NCBI RefSeq assembly: GCF_001194135.2
Contig: NC_068982.1
Coordinates: 16,492,270-16,537,240 of the forward strand
Origin: Octopus bimaculoides
Taxonomy: Eukaryota
Length of the DNA stretch: 44,971 nt
Reading direction: 5' to 3'
Within the stretch, counting starts at the first letter, position 1. Every line of letters starts with the position of its first letter. The notes beneath the pieces are model-generated. The model was not told the DNA's origin. It worked only from the letters and a program-made list of their open reading frames with translations, and did no database searches. Below, piece by piece: positions 24,640-36,974 of the stretch. Position numbers and translations under genes: made by a program.

Positions 24640-24847
24640 TATTGGTTTCAAATTTTGCCACAAGACTAGCAATTTTAGAGTGGCTAAGTCGATTACATCG
24701 ACCCCAGTACTCAACTGGTACTTATTTGATCGTTCTCGAAAGGATGATAGGTAAAGCGGATATGGGCGGATCAGAACTTCGAACAAAATGATGGACAAAA
24801 TGCCACTAGGAATTTTGCTCGGCTAATGGTTCTGCCAGCTCGCCACC
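24640..24847 (-). mobile_element. tRNA-derived SINE with an alternative 3' tail
   Basis: Body matches 26517-26753. The tail on the minus strand is ...GACTTAGCCACTCTAAAATTGCTAGTCTTGTGGCAAAATTTGAAACCAAT. Confidence 0.8.
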
Positions 24848-25389
24848 TTAACAACAGCAAATATATTGTCATTTATTTACAACTCATATAATTTTAATGG
24901 TGTAAAGAGAATTGTCAAGATGATTCTTTGGAAATGGTTGTGGTGTAGCTTTGTTTCTGTCATATAATGTCTTGGATATGTAATGTTCGTATATTTTTGC
25001 ATTGAGCGAACTGATCATGATGACATGTGTCTTCTATGCATAAAGTTTATATGATGCATATATTTATCATTCATGAATCAATAGAAATTCACCTCTGCGC
25101 ACACACATGTATATGTATGTTTTTCAATATAATATTGAACATAGTATGGAAAATAAGAAATACAAAAACTGAAAAAGTTTTCTGGTTACATCAATATATA
25201 AATATGTTTTAGTATTTCCCAACATATGAACCTATTAGTAGGTTTAAATACATGTATTGTGCCCTGTTAATAATTAATATTTATCTTTCGCTAGGTGGAG
25301 TACCTTTCTTGTTGAATTTTCTATCACGGAACAGGAACAGTACATTATGTGTATGTATGTGCGTGCGTGTATGTATATGTGTTATAATG

Positions 25390-25437
<48 letters not shown>

Positions 25438-25619
25438 TATATTTATATATAGAGGGTGATAAATTGAATATTAATTCAATTTAAAACCAAGTGGCCTAGC
25501 ATATAAAAAATCTGAAAATTCAGAAAAATTGTATTACACGTATATAGGGGATGACTACTAAGTGGACATCCAATATGCTAGAAAGAGGTCATCAATGACC
25601 CAACCTCAAAGAAAAATAA

Positions 25620-26490
25620 TGTCTGTGTTCGGTATATCCACAAATCTGCGGGCGAAAATCAAGGCTTTGTTCAATAGTATGGGGGATATCGAATTATAGT
25701 AATTCGAAATATTGAATTGTATAAAGTTAAAACAGGTTTTATCCTTAAGGGAATTAAACTACATGATGACATCCCCCGAAAAACTCCATAACGGGAGTTG
25801 AACCTTATCCCTTATGACAGGAATAATACAGTCAATTACAAACTTGCTAATCCGACCCAAATCAGATTTGGTCGGGCATATTAACTTAATCGAGGGCATG
25901 TAGGGTTTTGGGAGCATAAGGCCGGGTCCTATTCAGTAGGCCCAAGTTGGAGATGATCTCCAAGTGATTTTCATTAATGCTATCCACCGCGTGCTTTTTG
26001 GCATGCTCATAACCAGAGCTTAATTCCTTCAATATTAATTTATTATAAAGCTCAGGTGGTACTGAATAGATATTTCCAGTTTTGTCAGACAACATATGTA
26101 AGTTCGGAGATGACCTCATCTCAGATATTTTATCAGATAACAGTTTCTGGAAGGAGTTCGTATAGTTAGAGAACTTCAGTTGTTTAATCAGATTCATCAA
26201 GTCCCGCTCAAACTTAGCAATAGCAGGGTTGGATGGTGGGTTTCTATAGGTTTTGAGGTTGTAGAAGTTTCTCATATCACATGGGTTTTTTTCCACTATA
26301 CCCTTTCTAACACTATCGTTATTTTTCAGATCAAAAAAGAAGACACGCCATCTTAACCTATTAATAAATTCCGTGGTTTTATGGACAAGTGATTCCATAT
26401 ATGCCTTCTTCGGGTGTATGGGGACATTTTTCGTCGAAAAATCTAAACAGTGTTTATTCATAGTGCAGCCTGTATAAAGTGCTCGAGGAG
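25620..26490 (-). mobile_element. Penelope-like element (Naiad-type): N-terminus and start of the reverse transcriptase
   Basis: ORF 25886-26494 reads MNKHCLDFSTKNVP...TEFINRLRWRVFFF...AKFERDL...SDKTGNIY. After a deletion/frameshift it continues IKLICPTKSDLGRISK...FIQFNISNYYNSISPILLNKALIFAR, which are typical PLE RT motifs. Confidence 0.88.
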
Positions 26491-26516
26491 CCAATGAATA
26501 TATGTAATATTAATAG

Positions 26517-26753
26517 TTTCTTATTTCTTTATTGCCCACAAGGGGCTAAACATAGAGGGGACAAACAAGGACAGACAAAGGGATTAAGTCGACTACATCG
26601 ACCCCAGTGCGTAACTGGTACTTAATTTATCGACCCCGAAAGGATGATAGGCAAAGTCGACCTCGGCGGAATTTGAACTCAGAACGTAACGGCAGACGAA
26701 ATACCACTAAACATTTCGCCCGGCGTGCTAACGTTTCTGCCAGCTCACCGCCT
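26517..26753 (-). mobile_element. tRNA-derived SINE with a Tx1-like 3' tail
   Basis: Head AGGCGGTGAGCTGGCAGAAACGTTAGCACGCCGGGCGAAATG. Tail CTTTGTCTGTCCTTGTTTGTCCCCTCTATGTTTAGCCCCTTGTGGGCAATAAAGAAAT. Confidence 0.9.
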
Positions 26754-27708
26754 TTTCTTATTAGGAAACTAATAGATTTTATACAGGGCTGCAAGGAGAA
26801 GTGCTCAGAATAATTGAGACAAGAGTAAAATATTAGTTATAGAATAAAAACGTTAGGTTAACTACTCAACATACCACACTCCCTCAATGATCATATATAA
26901 GAAATACAGCATAATCCACCAAACATAAGGAATAAAAGGATATAAGAATAACGTAAGAAAAATAAAATAGATAAAAGAATAAGAAATATATAAGAAGTAA
27001 GATGCAAGATATTGAACGTATAATATAAAAATTTATACACAAATGTATTATTTCAACCGATTACATGCTAATAAATTAAGAATAATAAATTTGAGTTGAA
27101 GGTATAACACAATACACATCTATATCATTTCATAAAAGTTCCAAATCAAGTTAAAGTTAAAATTAATACGATTAAAAATTCAAATATATAATATAGATCG
27201 ATATAAAATAAAATAAAGAAATGAGGTAAAACAAAATAGTCTATCGGTTAAAAATCAATGACAAAATTTAAAAATGATTTAACATTATTTAGAGTTAAAC
27301 CAAATTGTGATATTTTGAAATCATTTAATTCGTATGGTTCAGGTTTTCGTAATATATAATAGGAAATGCTTTCATTATGTAAAACGTCCTCAAGTAATGC
27401 ATTTCAAAAATATAAAGAAATATATTTGAAATACTTTGACTAAGAAAGGTTTATGTATTGGACGCATTTCTTATGAAATATTACAGAAGCGTGAAACGTA
27501 CATACTAAATGATTTCAAAATATCACTCTTTGGTGTCATTTCATTATTACAAGTAATACGGCTCGATTCCAAGTACAAACTAAAAGTGTACACTAACAAC
27601 AATTTGGAATAGTTTGTCATATTTGATTCGAATTGTAAATTTTAGTACCATGCACCGCTTCTTAGCGTAACGCAGGATTTATGCATATGTGTATATACAT
27701 ACATACAG

Positions 27709-27805
<97 letters not shown>

Positions 27806-27884
27806 GGTACACACATACACACACACACATACGTAGACATATATATAATTATATATATTTGTACATCCATACATACCTATATAT

Positions 27885-28350
27885 ATACATTTGGAAAGAT
27901 CACCCCGAGGACAAAGAAATAACCCACAGTATGGTAGAAGCTATAGCCCACTCATAATAAAAAGGAGTACTAGTGGAATGTCCCAGTAAAGACCTCAATA
28001 AAATGTAAGCACAACAGACCTGATATAATGATTTGAGATAGAGAAGAGAAACTGTGTACAGTTGTAGAATAAGCTGCCCAGCGGATGTTAACATAAAGCT
28101 GAAGACCAGTGAAAAAGAGAATATCTATGCTGAACTATTGAGAAATATGCAGTTACTCTATCCAGATTACAAGTTCAGGTTTATGCCAGTGATTATTGGG
28201 ACCCTGGGATATGTAACACACTGCCTAAATAAAAATCTTGAGAAATTAGGCTTCTCAAAACCAGAATGAGGGAAGCTAATTCGAAGAACTGTAAAAGTCT
28301 GTAAAACTTTGCAGAAGTTCATCATTTGAATATACATGAACTTGTCTAGA
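27885..28350 (+). mobile_element. 3' fragment of another RLE-type non-LTR retrotransposon family
   Basis: HNRPDIMI*DREEKLCTVV-ISCPADVNIKLKTSEKENIYAELLRNMQLLYPDYKFRFMPVIIGTLG (PD...E/D..K RLE pattern). Confidence 0.8.
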
Positions 28351-28399
28351 GATCTAACTATATGTATGAGAATACCTGCATAAAACAAAACATAAAAAT

Positions 28400-28535
28400 C
28401 TGCACATATACAAACAAACAAACAAACAAACAAACAAACAAACAAACATACATACATACATACATACATACATACATACATGCATGCATACATACATACA
28501 TACATACATACATACATACATACATACATACATAC
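28400..28535. repeat. (CAAA)n/(CATA)n tetranucleotide array
   Basis: Direct inspection of the sequence. Confidence 0.9.
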
Positions 28536-29194
28536 AAGCAAAAATACCCTGTTGATAATGTTGAAATTCCAACGAAGGAGTCTTAAATCTCGGTTAGAAA
28601 CAGACTTTTTCTCTATTGGCAAGAAATCTTGAAATAAAACTGAACAATGACATACACAAATACATACACACGAAATATACGAAGAGAAAGAAGGAGAAAA
28701 AAAGCCTCTTGGTTCCCATAATCCATGCATCCCAAATTCACGAAAGTCATGTCTCCTTCGGGAGAATCTATTATAGTCAGTCTGTGACCACAAAATACAT
28801 ACAGTACAACTGAATTTCCAAATGTTGGCATGATACTTTAATACTAAATATACCCAATAGTTTGTTTTATACAATATAATATTAATAAATTAGGAAGCTT
28901 ATGAAATACATGACTTTTACTAATTATTTACATTATCCTTTGAACGAAAATTTGAATATTTATGTGTTAAATATACGGATATGAATAGAATTTCTTTCAA
29001 GGAATGTTCATATTTTACTTACTCTGCTGCTGTATATAATAGCAGCGATGCCTGTTGGTAAAAAGCAGCAAATGGTGGCCAAAATTGCCGGACACATGAT
29101 ATTCGGGACTGGGTCTAGTATCTGAAAACAAGATAAAGAAAAGAAATTACTTTATCCTCAAAAGTTGATGACGATGATGACAACGAAGACATCA

Positions 29195-29715
29195 AAAATG
29201 ATAATGCAAAGATCCTATGGGATTTTATGATTCATTTAGACCATAAGATAGAAAATAGGAAGCCAGACATATACTTAATTGAGAAAAATAACAAACTATG
29301 CTGGATCATAGATATAGCATGCCCAGCTTACAACCAGGTATGCGATAAGGAAGAAAGAAATGTCGATAGATATGACAGGTTTGCCTGGGAGGTTAAACAG
29401 TTGTGGTCGATGGAAAAGGTGGTAGTAATACCAATAATTGTCGGAGCCCTGTGAACAGTGAGTAAAAATCTCAAGAAGTACATGGACAACATAGGGGCTG
29501 CAATAAGGGTGGAGCACTTGCAAAAAAAACAGCACTGCTTGGAACCGCTCGAATACTCCGGAAGGTGCTCGAAAACGAAGAGGTGTTACCTTAGTTCACT
29601 GGTAGTGAACAGCTGACACCGTAGTACATCTCCAGCGTTAGAAGATGCGCAAAGGCAATAATAATAATAATAATAATGATAATAATAATAATAATAATAA
29701 TAATAATATTTATTA
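29195..29715 (+). mobile_element. 3' end of an R4/Dong-like copy with 3' UTR and (AAT)n tail; same family as 11522-14500
   Basis: KILWDFMIHLDHKIENRKPDIYLIEKNNKLCWIIDIACP...WEVKQLWSMEKVVVIPIIVGAL, then TARILRKVLE, a UTR and (AAT)n at 29657-29715. Confidence 0.9.
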
Positions 29716-29717
29716 TA

Positions 29718-30290
29718 ATCCTTTGTTTATTAGCCACAAGGGCCAATAAAATTAGGATTGGACATTACAAAGTACGAAGGACAAAGTGAGAGTGAGGTGA
29801 TATAAAATGTCGTGTATAAAATGTCTCTCCAAGAACGTCGTCGTATCCTTTCACTACTAACCCTCTATACAACGCCATAGTAGAACTTCCACGAACCGCA
29901 TTACCCGACTGGCTGAGAAGCATGGGCGCCTGGCGACAGTCAAGATGCCCAACGCCCAGACTCGAACTACGCTTGATTCAAGATTGCAGCTTACTCAAAG
30001 AGACGAGCTGTGGGAAAGCGAGTCTGACAAACGGCGACCACACCTGCTCACCGTCATCGAGGAAACGTTGGATGTGCATCAATAGCCACGGCATACCTAG
30101 CTCACCGTTCATAGGGTGTTGACAGCAAATGGAGTGCCTGACCAGCGGAGTCCATCCCTTCCATGAGAAGCAGAAAAGTCCCGTATTTCCTCAATTGTTA
30201 TCATCCTTTCGCAACATTCTGGCCCATTTCTGGGTGAGACTGGCTACCCTGATCGTCACCTCGCTCCAGGTGCTAAAATGTTTTTTTTAT
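29718..30290 (-). mobile_element. Internally deleted 3' fragment of a Tx1/L1-clade LINE
   Basis: The reverse complement aligns by eye with 35800-36130 (TGGAAGG...GGTATGCCGTGGCTATTGATG; TATAGAGGGTTAGTAG). It ends GGCCCTTGTGGCTAATAAACAAAG next to an ATT array. Confidence 0.75.
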
Positions 30291-30329
30291 GTTAGATGCA
30301 CAACTACAGGAGACTCTTAGGTTGTGCAC

Positions 30330-31430
30330 CTAACATAGCAAAAACATTTTAGCAAGTACCCACAATACAAGAGAGGAGGCAGGTTGCACTTTCAGGGTAT
30401 ATAACTGTCCAGAAGGAAGCCGATGCGAGGATGAAGGGTCATCAATGAGGCTATGGTGATACCTAGACCTGATATCCGCAATAACAGTAATGTACTATCA
30501 AACAACAATATTATTAGCAGATTAACCAGTTCTCATGCCACTACAGTTGCCGCACCCAGAGATAACAACCAGTCTGGGACTAGCATCACAGAGAGCGTCA
30601 CCGAAGACCCCGGTACCACCGCCACGAACAATGAACAAACCATAGATACAGATAGAGTGACCAGGCCCTCAATGTATGTTACCACCAGTACAAACGACGC
30701 ACCTAGAAATAATGACCTATCCAGGACCAGTGACTTGGAGGAGTTCTGGTTCCTAGTTCTGCCACCTCAGGAGATGACCAAGTATTTATCTTCAACACCG
30801 ATGGGATGACCAGCTCGGCACCGTATGTTACCAAGGGTACGAATAGGGCCACATATTATGTGTGGAAATATATTGGCTCTGCGAGTCCTTCGTTCAAGCG
30901 ACGTTTTCTTAACCTCCAGTTATCCTTCAGAGCCCCAGAAAGACGGTTTGTCACGTTCCTGACCCGCCATGTATGGCATTTCAAAGATCAAGGTACCCCG
31001 TGTAATATCAGGTGGAAATTAATTGATCATCTGGGCTCTTATAATAATGGAAGTGGACGTTGCAAGTTCCGCATCGCGGAGAGAGCCAAAATACTGAAGG
31101 ACTATAAGAAACCTGGAACATTAAACAGCCGTAAAGAAGTGTTTTCTAAATGTATCCACTTCAAGCGCAACTTACTGGAAAATTGGACCCTCTGTTTGCT
31201 GGTTAGGCCTCATCGTGTCTATAAGGGTTTTCCCCCTCTAATTCAGAGGTAATAACCCGTTCACATTAATGTTTTTTTTTCCTTTTGCTAAGACGTATCT
31301 CTCGATTTCTGAGCGTTTCCTCACGTCTGCAACGGAAATATTTCGAATTTTGTAATTATATAGAGTCTGTCGAGCTGTCCACAAGGCATTTGCTCTGTGG
31401 ATGAGAAACCTTGGGTAACTCTATGTTTAA
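30330..31430 (+). mobile_element. Penelope-like element (Naiad-type) 3' part: T/N-rich linker, GIY-YIG endonuclease and 3' UTR
   Basis: ORF 30806-31252 reads KYIGSASPSFKRRF...TFLTRHVWHFKDQG...NIRWKLI...YNNGSGRCKF...TLNSRKEVFSKCIH. ORF 30453-30809 is a T/N/S-rich spacer. Confidence 0.88.
31358..31426 (+). ncRNA. Type I hammerhead-ribozyme fold with variant core CUGUCGA
   Basis: Stem I TAGAGT(31361-66)/ACTCTA(31418-23), extendable to 9 bp with one G-U. Core CTGTCGA at 31367-73, stem II TCCACA/TGTGGA, GAAA at 31405-08, stem III ACC-TTG-GGT, cleavage triplet GTA. Located in the PLE 3' UTR. Confidence 0.65.
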
Positions 31431-31448
31431 GATATAAAACTTTTAGTG

Positions 31449-31532
<84 letters not shown>

Positions 31533-32384
31533 GAAGGATATATGCGTGTACATATATCCTTCATGTCAGGTGTGTTGAATGGTCCAGTTACTATTGTAGT
31601 TCTGAGCAATCTCTCAGCCATTCAATAAACAGAAATTTGTAAAATAAATCCCAGACTAAATTATATATTTAACTCTAAAAATTGGTATGTTTGACCAAAA
31701 TGTCTTAACAGTGGTTTCCTAGCATACTCACACTTTAATGATTGAAATGAGCAAAACATCAGGATATTTAGGTGTAGAGCAGTAAAAAAAAAGTGAAAAG
31801 AACAATATCTACTTACAATAACTGCTTGAAGCTCTGACAGCTGTTGCACAGGAGGCGGTGGTGGAGGGGATGCCGATTCCACAACGAATAAGTTTACTTC
31901 TCTTCTGATTGAATCTGTAAAAAAAAAAATTAGAATATTTCACAATGTACGTTCCTTATATTTATATTTTGAAATATTCCAATTCAATCAATCATCAAAT
32001 GTTATATACTGGTTGGTAACACTTGATTTTTTTCTCGTGAAAATTCGATTCTACAGTAAAAAAAAAAAAAAAATTAATATCACCATCAGTTAAAATAAAT
32101 AAATAAATGAAATAAAAGATCTTTAAAATGAATCGGCCCTAATGTGGATTAACCATGTGTATGCGTGTATGTGAGTGAGTGTGTGCGCGCGGGCGCATGG
32201 AATATGTATATATTAAACGCATAATTATTAGTTTGAATCAAGTGTTTTTTTTTAAACTCTTACTATTAGCAATGTAGGTGCATCGGCACATTAAGTCACA
32301 TTTAGTGACGATTAAATATTTCCTTTATGGTATTATATTGTGCTTAGCTGTTTATGTTAATTTTTATTACATGCTTTAGCATTT

Positions 32385-32872
32385 CGCTAATTCATCCATA
32401 AATTTCTATGGTAAATATTTACATTTGCTGACAGACGGAATTAGACGACCATCGGCTGTCTGAGCTGCAGAGTCTTCGTGAGGAAGGGGCATACCATCCG
32501 TGTTTCGGTGGAGGGACGTAGGCCCAGGTGCTTTAAGTGCAGGCAAAAGGGTCACGTTCACTCCGCCTGTATTAAAAAAAAATAAACGGGTGACGCCCTT
32601 CCTCTGAACGCGGAGAAAAAAAATACAGATCGCTAATTCATCCATAAATTTCTATGGTAAATATATACATATGCTGACAGACGGAATTAGACGACCATCG
32701 GCTGTCTGAGCTGCAGAGTCTTCGTGAGGAAGGGGCATACCATCCGTGTTTCGGTGGAGGGACGTAGGCCCAGGTGCTTTAAGTGCAGGCAAAAGGGTCA
32801 CGTTCACTCCTCCTGTATTAAAAAAAATAAACGGGCGACGCACCTCCTCTGAACGCGGAGAAAAAATACAGA
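32385..32872 (+). repeat. Tandem duplication of ~246 bp (32385-32630 / 32631-32872) covering the LINE 5' junction
   Basis: By eye, the units differ by about six substitutions and two A-run lengths. Each unit contains ~65 bp of flank, the 16-bp TSD and the zinc-knuckle coding start of the LINE. Confidence 0.92.
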
Positions 32873-35800
32873 AGTCAAAAATAAGGAAAAGACTAAAGAA
32901 AGCAAAGAGAAAAAACAACCCGAAAATGAAAATCAAAAAGAAGAGGCGATTAAGTAAACTGAACCTGAGGATATGGAATTTACTCAAGTGACATACAAAA
33001 AAAAAACAACACATACCCCTGACTCCTCTATCCAAACAAAAAAGAAAAATAATAATAATGCAGACGAACAACANNNNNNNNNNNNNNNNNNNNNNNNNNN
33101 NNNNNNNNNNNNNNNNNNNNNNNNNNNNNNNNNNNNNNNNNNNNNNNNNNNNNNNNNNNNNNNNNNNNNNNNNNNNNNNNNNNNNNNNNNNNNNNNNNNN
33201 NNNNNNNNNNNNNNNNNNNNNNNNNNNNNNNNNNNNNNNNNNNNNNNNNNNNNNNNNNNNNNNNNNNNNNNNNNNNNNNNNNNNNNNNNNNNNNNNNNNN
33301 NNNNNNNNNNNNNNNNNNNNNNNNNNNNNNNNNNNNNNNNNNNNNNNNNNNNNNNNNNNNNNNNNNNNNNNNNNNNNNNNNNNNNNNNNNNNNNNNNNNN
33401 NNNNCCCTGCCCAGAGCCCGGTGGCAACTCCGGTAAAAAGCCCAGCGTGGAATGGGGTCGAGACGGAAACAGGCTTGTTTCCTGAACGACCTCACGACAT
33501 ATAGAATAGATGTTGCTATTGTAACCGAGTCCAAGATGAGATGACCTCAAGCGTTCTCGCCTCTTCTCAATGGTTACGAGAAATTTATTTCTCCTAGCCG
33601 AGGAAGAGGTGCAGGCGTGGTTGTCCTTATCAGGAGGAACTTGGACTTACAGGTAAGTACTGTCTTTCTGGACCCAGAAGGTAGGCTGGTTGTCCTGGAT
33701 GTAACTCACGTGAGTAAGCAGTCCTTCAGGTTAGTAGCTGTCTATGCTCCTCAGGAGTGTAGGCAGACTGGTTTTTTTCGGGACCTGGAGCACTTTCTAG
33801 TGACGTCTAAAACGGTAGTCTTGGTAGGGGACTTCAACACTATCCTCGATGCACGGGTCAATAGTGTGGGCTCGACTGATAGGAAAGAGAATCCTTGCCT
33901 CAAGGGTCTACTAGAGAACTATAATCTAGTAGACCGCTACCGATTGGATGAGCCGAGCGTTCCACAGTGGACGTGGAGTAACAACTATGGCTCACGCAGA
34001 TCGTATCTAGATAGGGTATTTGTTAAGAAACGAGATAAGAATACTGTTAGCCGTCCACAATTTTGTATTGTGCCTTACACAGACCACAAACTCGCGACGT
34101 GTGAGGTACATGTAGATAAATGTCATAGACAGGGACCCGGGTATTGGAAAATGAACAAGTCTATTTTGACTTGTGAAGCTTTCCGTACCCGGATTAAAGA
34201 GTTAGTTAAGAGGGTATTATGTGGCACCATCTTTAATAACAGATGGTGCCACGCCCTCGAAAGAGCCATCCGTTTGGAGTCCATTAGATTTAGCAAACAG
34301 CTAAGTTGAGATAGGACTAGAATAGAGGGCGATTTAGTTAAGAACTTAGACGAGGCAATGGAATCTGGCTCTGCATCTAGAGTGTTGGCGGCGGGAACGG
34401 TCTTGTACCGTCACCTCAACGCCAAGCACGAAGGGTGCAGAGTTAGAGCTAAGCTACGTGCAGGGAAACGAGAAGGTATTAATGTTACCAGATGGACACG
34501 TCGTGAGGAGAGTCAGAAGGTCTTTCACCAGCACTTCGCTCGGTTGTTCGGAGAGAGCAGTCTGCTTGAGCGGGGGAAGGCCTTAGAGGACTTCCTAGCT
34601 GGTGGGCCGCGACTCTCGGCATGTGAGGCGGAATGCTGTGAAGGGCCGATCACTCCCGCGGAGATAAGAGAGGTGTTGGCCGAGTGCGCCGGGGAAAAGT
34701 CTCCGAAGTTGGATGGTCTGCTCTACAAATTTTATCGTTGTATGCCGGACTTGTTTAGGGACATCCTGGCAGGTGTCTATGCAAACTGGCAACATAATGG
34801 GAAGATTCCCACTTCTATAAGCCGAGGAGCTGTGACGCTGGTCCTGAAGGACCCGAGTAAGGGGGATAGTATGAGTAATTATAGGCCCATAACTCTACTT
34901 AATGTAGAGTAAAATATTTTGGCCAAGGTGTTAGCAAAAAGATTGACGGCTGTCGTGAAGAAACTTGTCGGGAAGGCACAGTCATGTGCAATCCCAGGCA
35001 GGTCGATCCAAGATAATCTTCACCTTCTCCGCTGCACCATAGACAAGGTTGGGAAATTATCCGACAAAGGAGGGGCATTAGTCCATATAAACCAAAGTAA
35101 AGCGTTCGATAGGGTAGACCATCGGTACCTGGCGGCGGTCCTCGAAGCGGCTGGGCTGGGTCGTGGCTTTCGCGGGTGGATCTCCGCTATGTACAGCGGC
35201 ATCAAGTCCACAGTCCAGATAAACGGTAACCTAACAGAGCCATTTTCGATCAATTGTTCAGTTCGTCAAGCGTGTCCCTTGTCTCCGCTCCTGTACGTTT
35301 TGGCTCTAGAGCCATTGTTGCGGAAGTTGGAGAAGTTAGGAGGCAACCCTAATGAAATCGGATGCGGTAAGTCTGTTTCTGTTTATGCGGATGACGTCAC
35401 CTTCATCGTGTCCAACGAAGCACAGCTACCTCGTGTAGAAGATGCTCTCCGAGGATACGAAGGGTGGCAGGGGCAAAAGTTAACAAGGACAAATCCATCG
35501 GTTTGCGCCTCGGCACGTGGAGGAACAAGTCGATATCGTCCAGTGTTGTGCGACACTGGACAGATGGACTTGTTAAGTTGCTTGGAGATTGGTTTGGCTC
35601 AGACTCCCAGACGGAGAAGAATTGGAGCGAGGTAGTGAACAAGGTGGAATCCATAGTACGGAAGTGGTTCGGAAGGCCTCTGTCCTTGAAGGAGGGGGCG
35701 GATGTGATACAGGTGTTTATAGCATCTGTCATCACTTACCGCCTGACTGTTGTGCCTTGCCCCGATTCTTGGCTAAGCAAGTTGGAACGACTCCTTTTCC

Positions 35801-36958
35801 TTTTTGTGGAAGGGAGGAAAGCCACTTGTGAGGCGCTCCATGTGCTGCCAGGAACCGCTAAAGGGTGGGATGGGGATGCCCTGGCTAATGATGCGCAGAC
35901 ATGCGTTGAGCCTGAGAGATCTCTGACACCACCTGGAAGGTGACAAGGTGTGGAGTCCGCTGGTGGAGGAATTCTTACCGCGACCGGCCTCTTTTAAACC
36001 CGGTTTCATTAAAAGACGGAATCTGACTTTATGGCAGGAGTGCCGACAGGCACCCTGGTTTATCTACAAGACGGGCAAGGGCGGCAGCGGGAATACCACC
36101 TCGGTGTTCTATAGAGGGCTGGTAGGGGCTCTGGGGTTCGATGAAAACTAACTTGCCAACCTGTTCAGAAAAACTTTCAGGCCGGGGTATTTGGACAACT
36201 TCCAAAAATCCCTGACCTGGCAGTGCTTACAGGAACGCCTTATCTGTTCGCGATAAGTTATCTAGGCACGGAATGTCAGTGCCACCGACGTGTCCAAGAT
36301 GTGGGCTGGACGATGAAACCGTCCAGCACGCTTTTGTACAATGTCGGGAGTTATCTAACTTGATAAGTTACGTTGAACACGTGTTGTCGCATCTGGGATG
36401 AATACAGCTGTCGGCTGGATCTATAATAAAGATGATACTGCCAACGGGACTCTCAAGGGAAGGTGAGGCTTGTTTTCACTGTACGGTTGCAGTACTGAAA
36501 GAGTGTGTTTGGAGGACAAGAACGGAAGGTTCTGTGACAGGGTCCTTCATCTCTGGACCCGGTTTGCTATCCTACTTCAGATACCATCTGAAGAACAAGA
36601 TGGGGTTGGAGAGGAAGACTCTGCCGTTGAGCGAATATGAGCAACGATGGAATGATATGATGAGAAAGGTGGGTGTTAGTAACCCAGCTTAATCATCGAG
36701 GAAAGGAAAAGCTAGCTGCTGGGCCTTATAGGCTGCCGGGTTCGTTTCTGTTGCGTTTTTTCTTTTCTTTTCTTTTGTTTTTGGTTTTCTGGTTAAAAAA
36801 AAATTCTAGTCAAGAGTTTTAAATAATTAATAATTTATATGAAAATATATGAGTAAATTTTTAACATAGAATGATTCGAACTCATTCAACATTTTGTATT
36901 TGTCTGTCTTTTAATGTCCTTTTCTATGTTTCTATCCTTATGATCATAATAAAGATTT
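32712..36958 (+). mobile_element. 5'-truncated Tx1/L1-clade LINE (ORF1 remnant; ORF2 APE-RT-zinc finger), with stops and frameshifts, bounded by a 16-bp TSD
   Basis: ORF1 knuckle IRVSVEGRRPRCFKCRQKGHVHSSC. APE motifs DVAIVTES, VLVGDFN, SYLDRVF and TDHK. RT motifs NYRPITLLNV, SKAFDRVDH, RQACPLSPLLY and YADD. C-terminal CPRCGLDDETVQHAFVQC. TSD CATCGGCTGTCTGAGC at 32696-32711 and 36959-36974. Confidence 0.93.
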
Positions 36959-36974
36959 CATCGGCTGTCTGAGC

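Noticed and set aside
25455-25620. Possible Tc1/mariner terminal inverted repeat after a (TA)n run
   Set aside because: No partner inverted repeat was found in the window.
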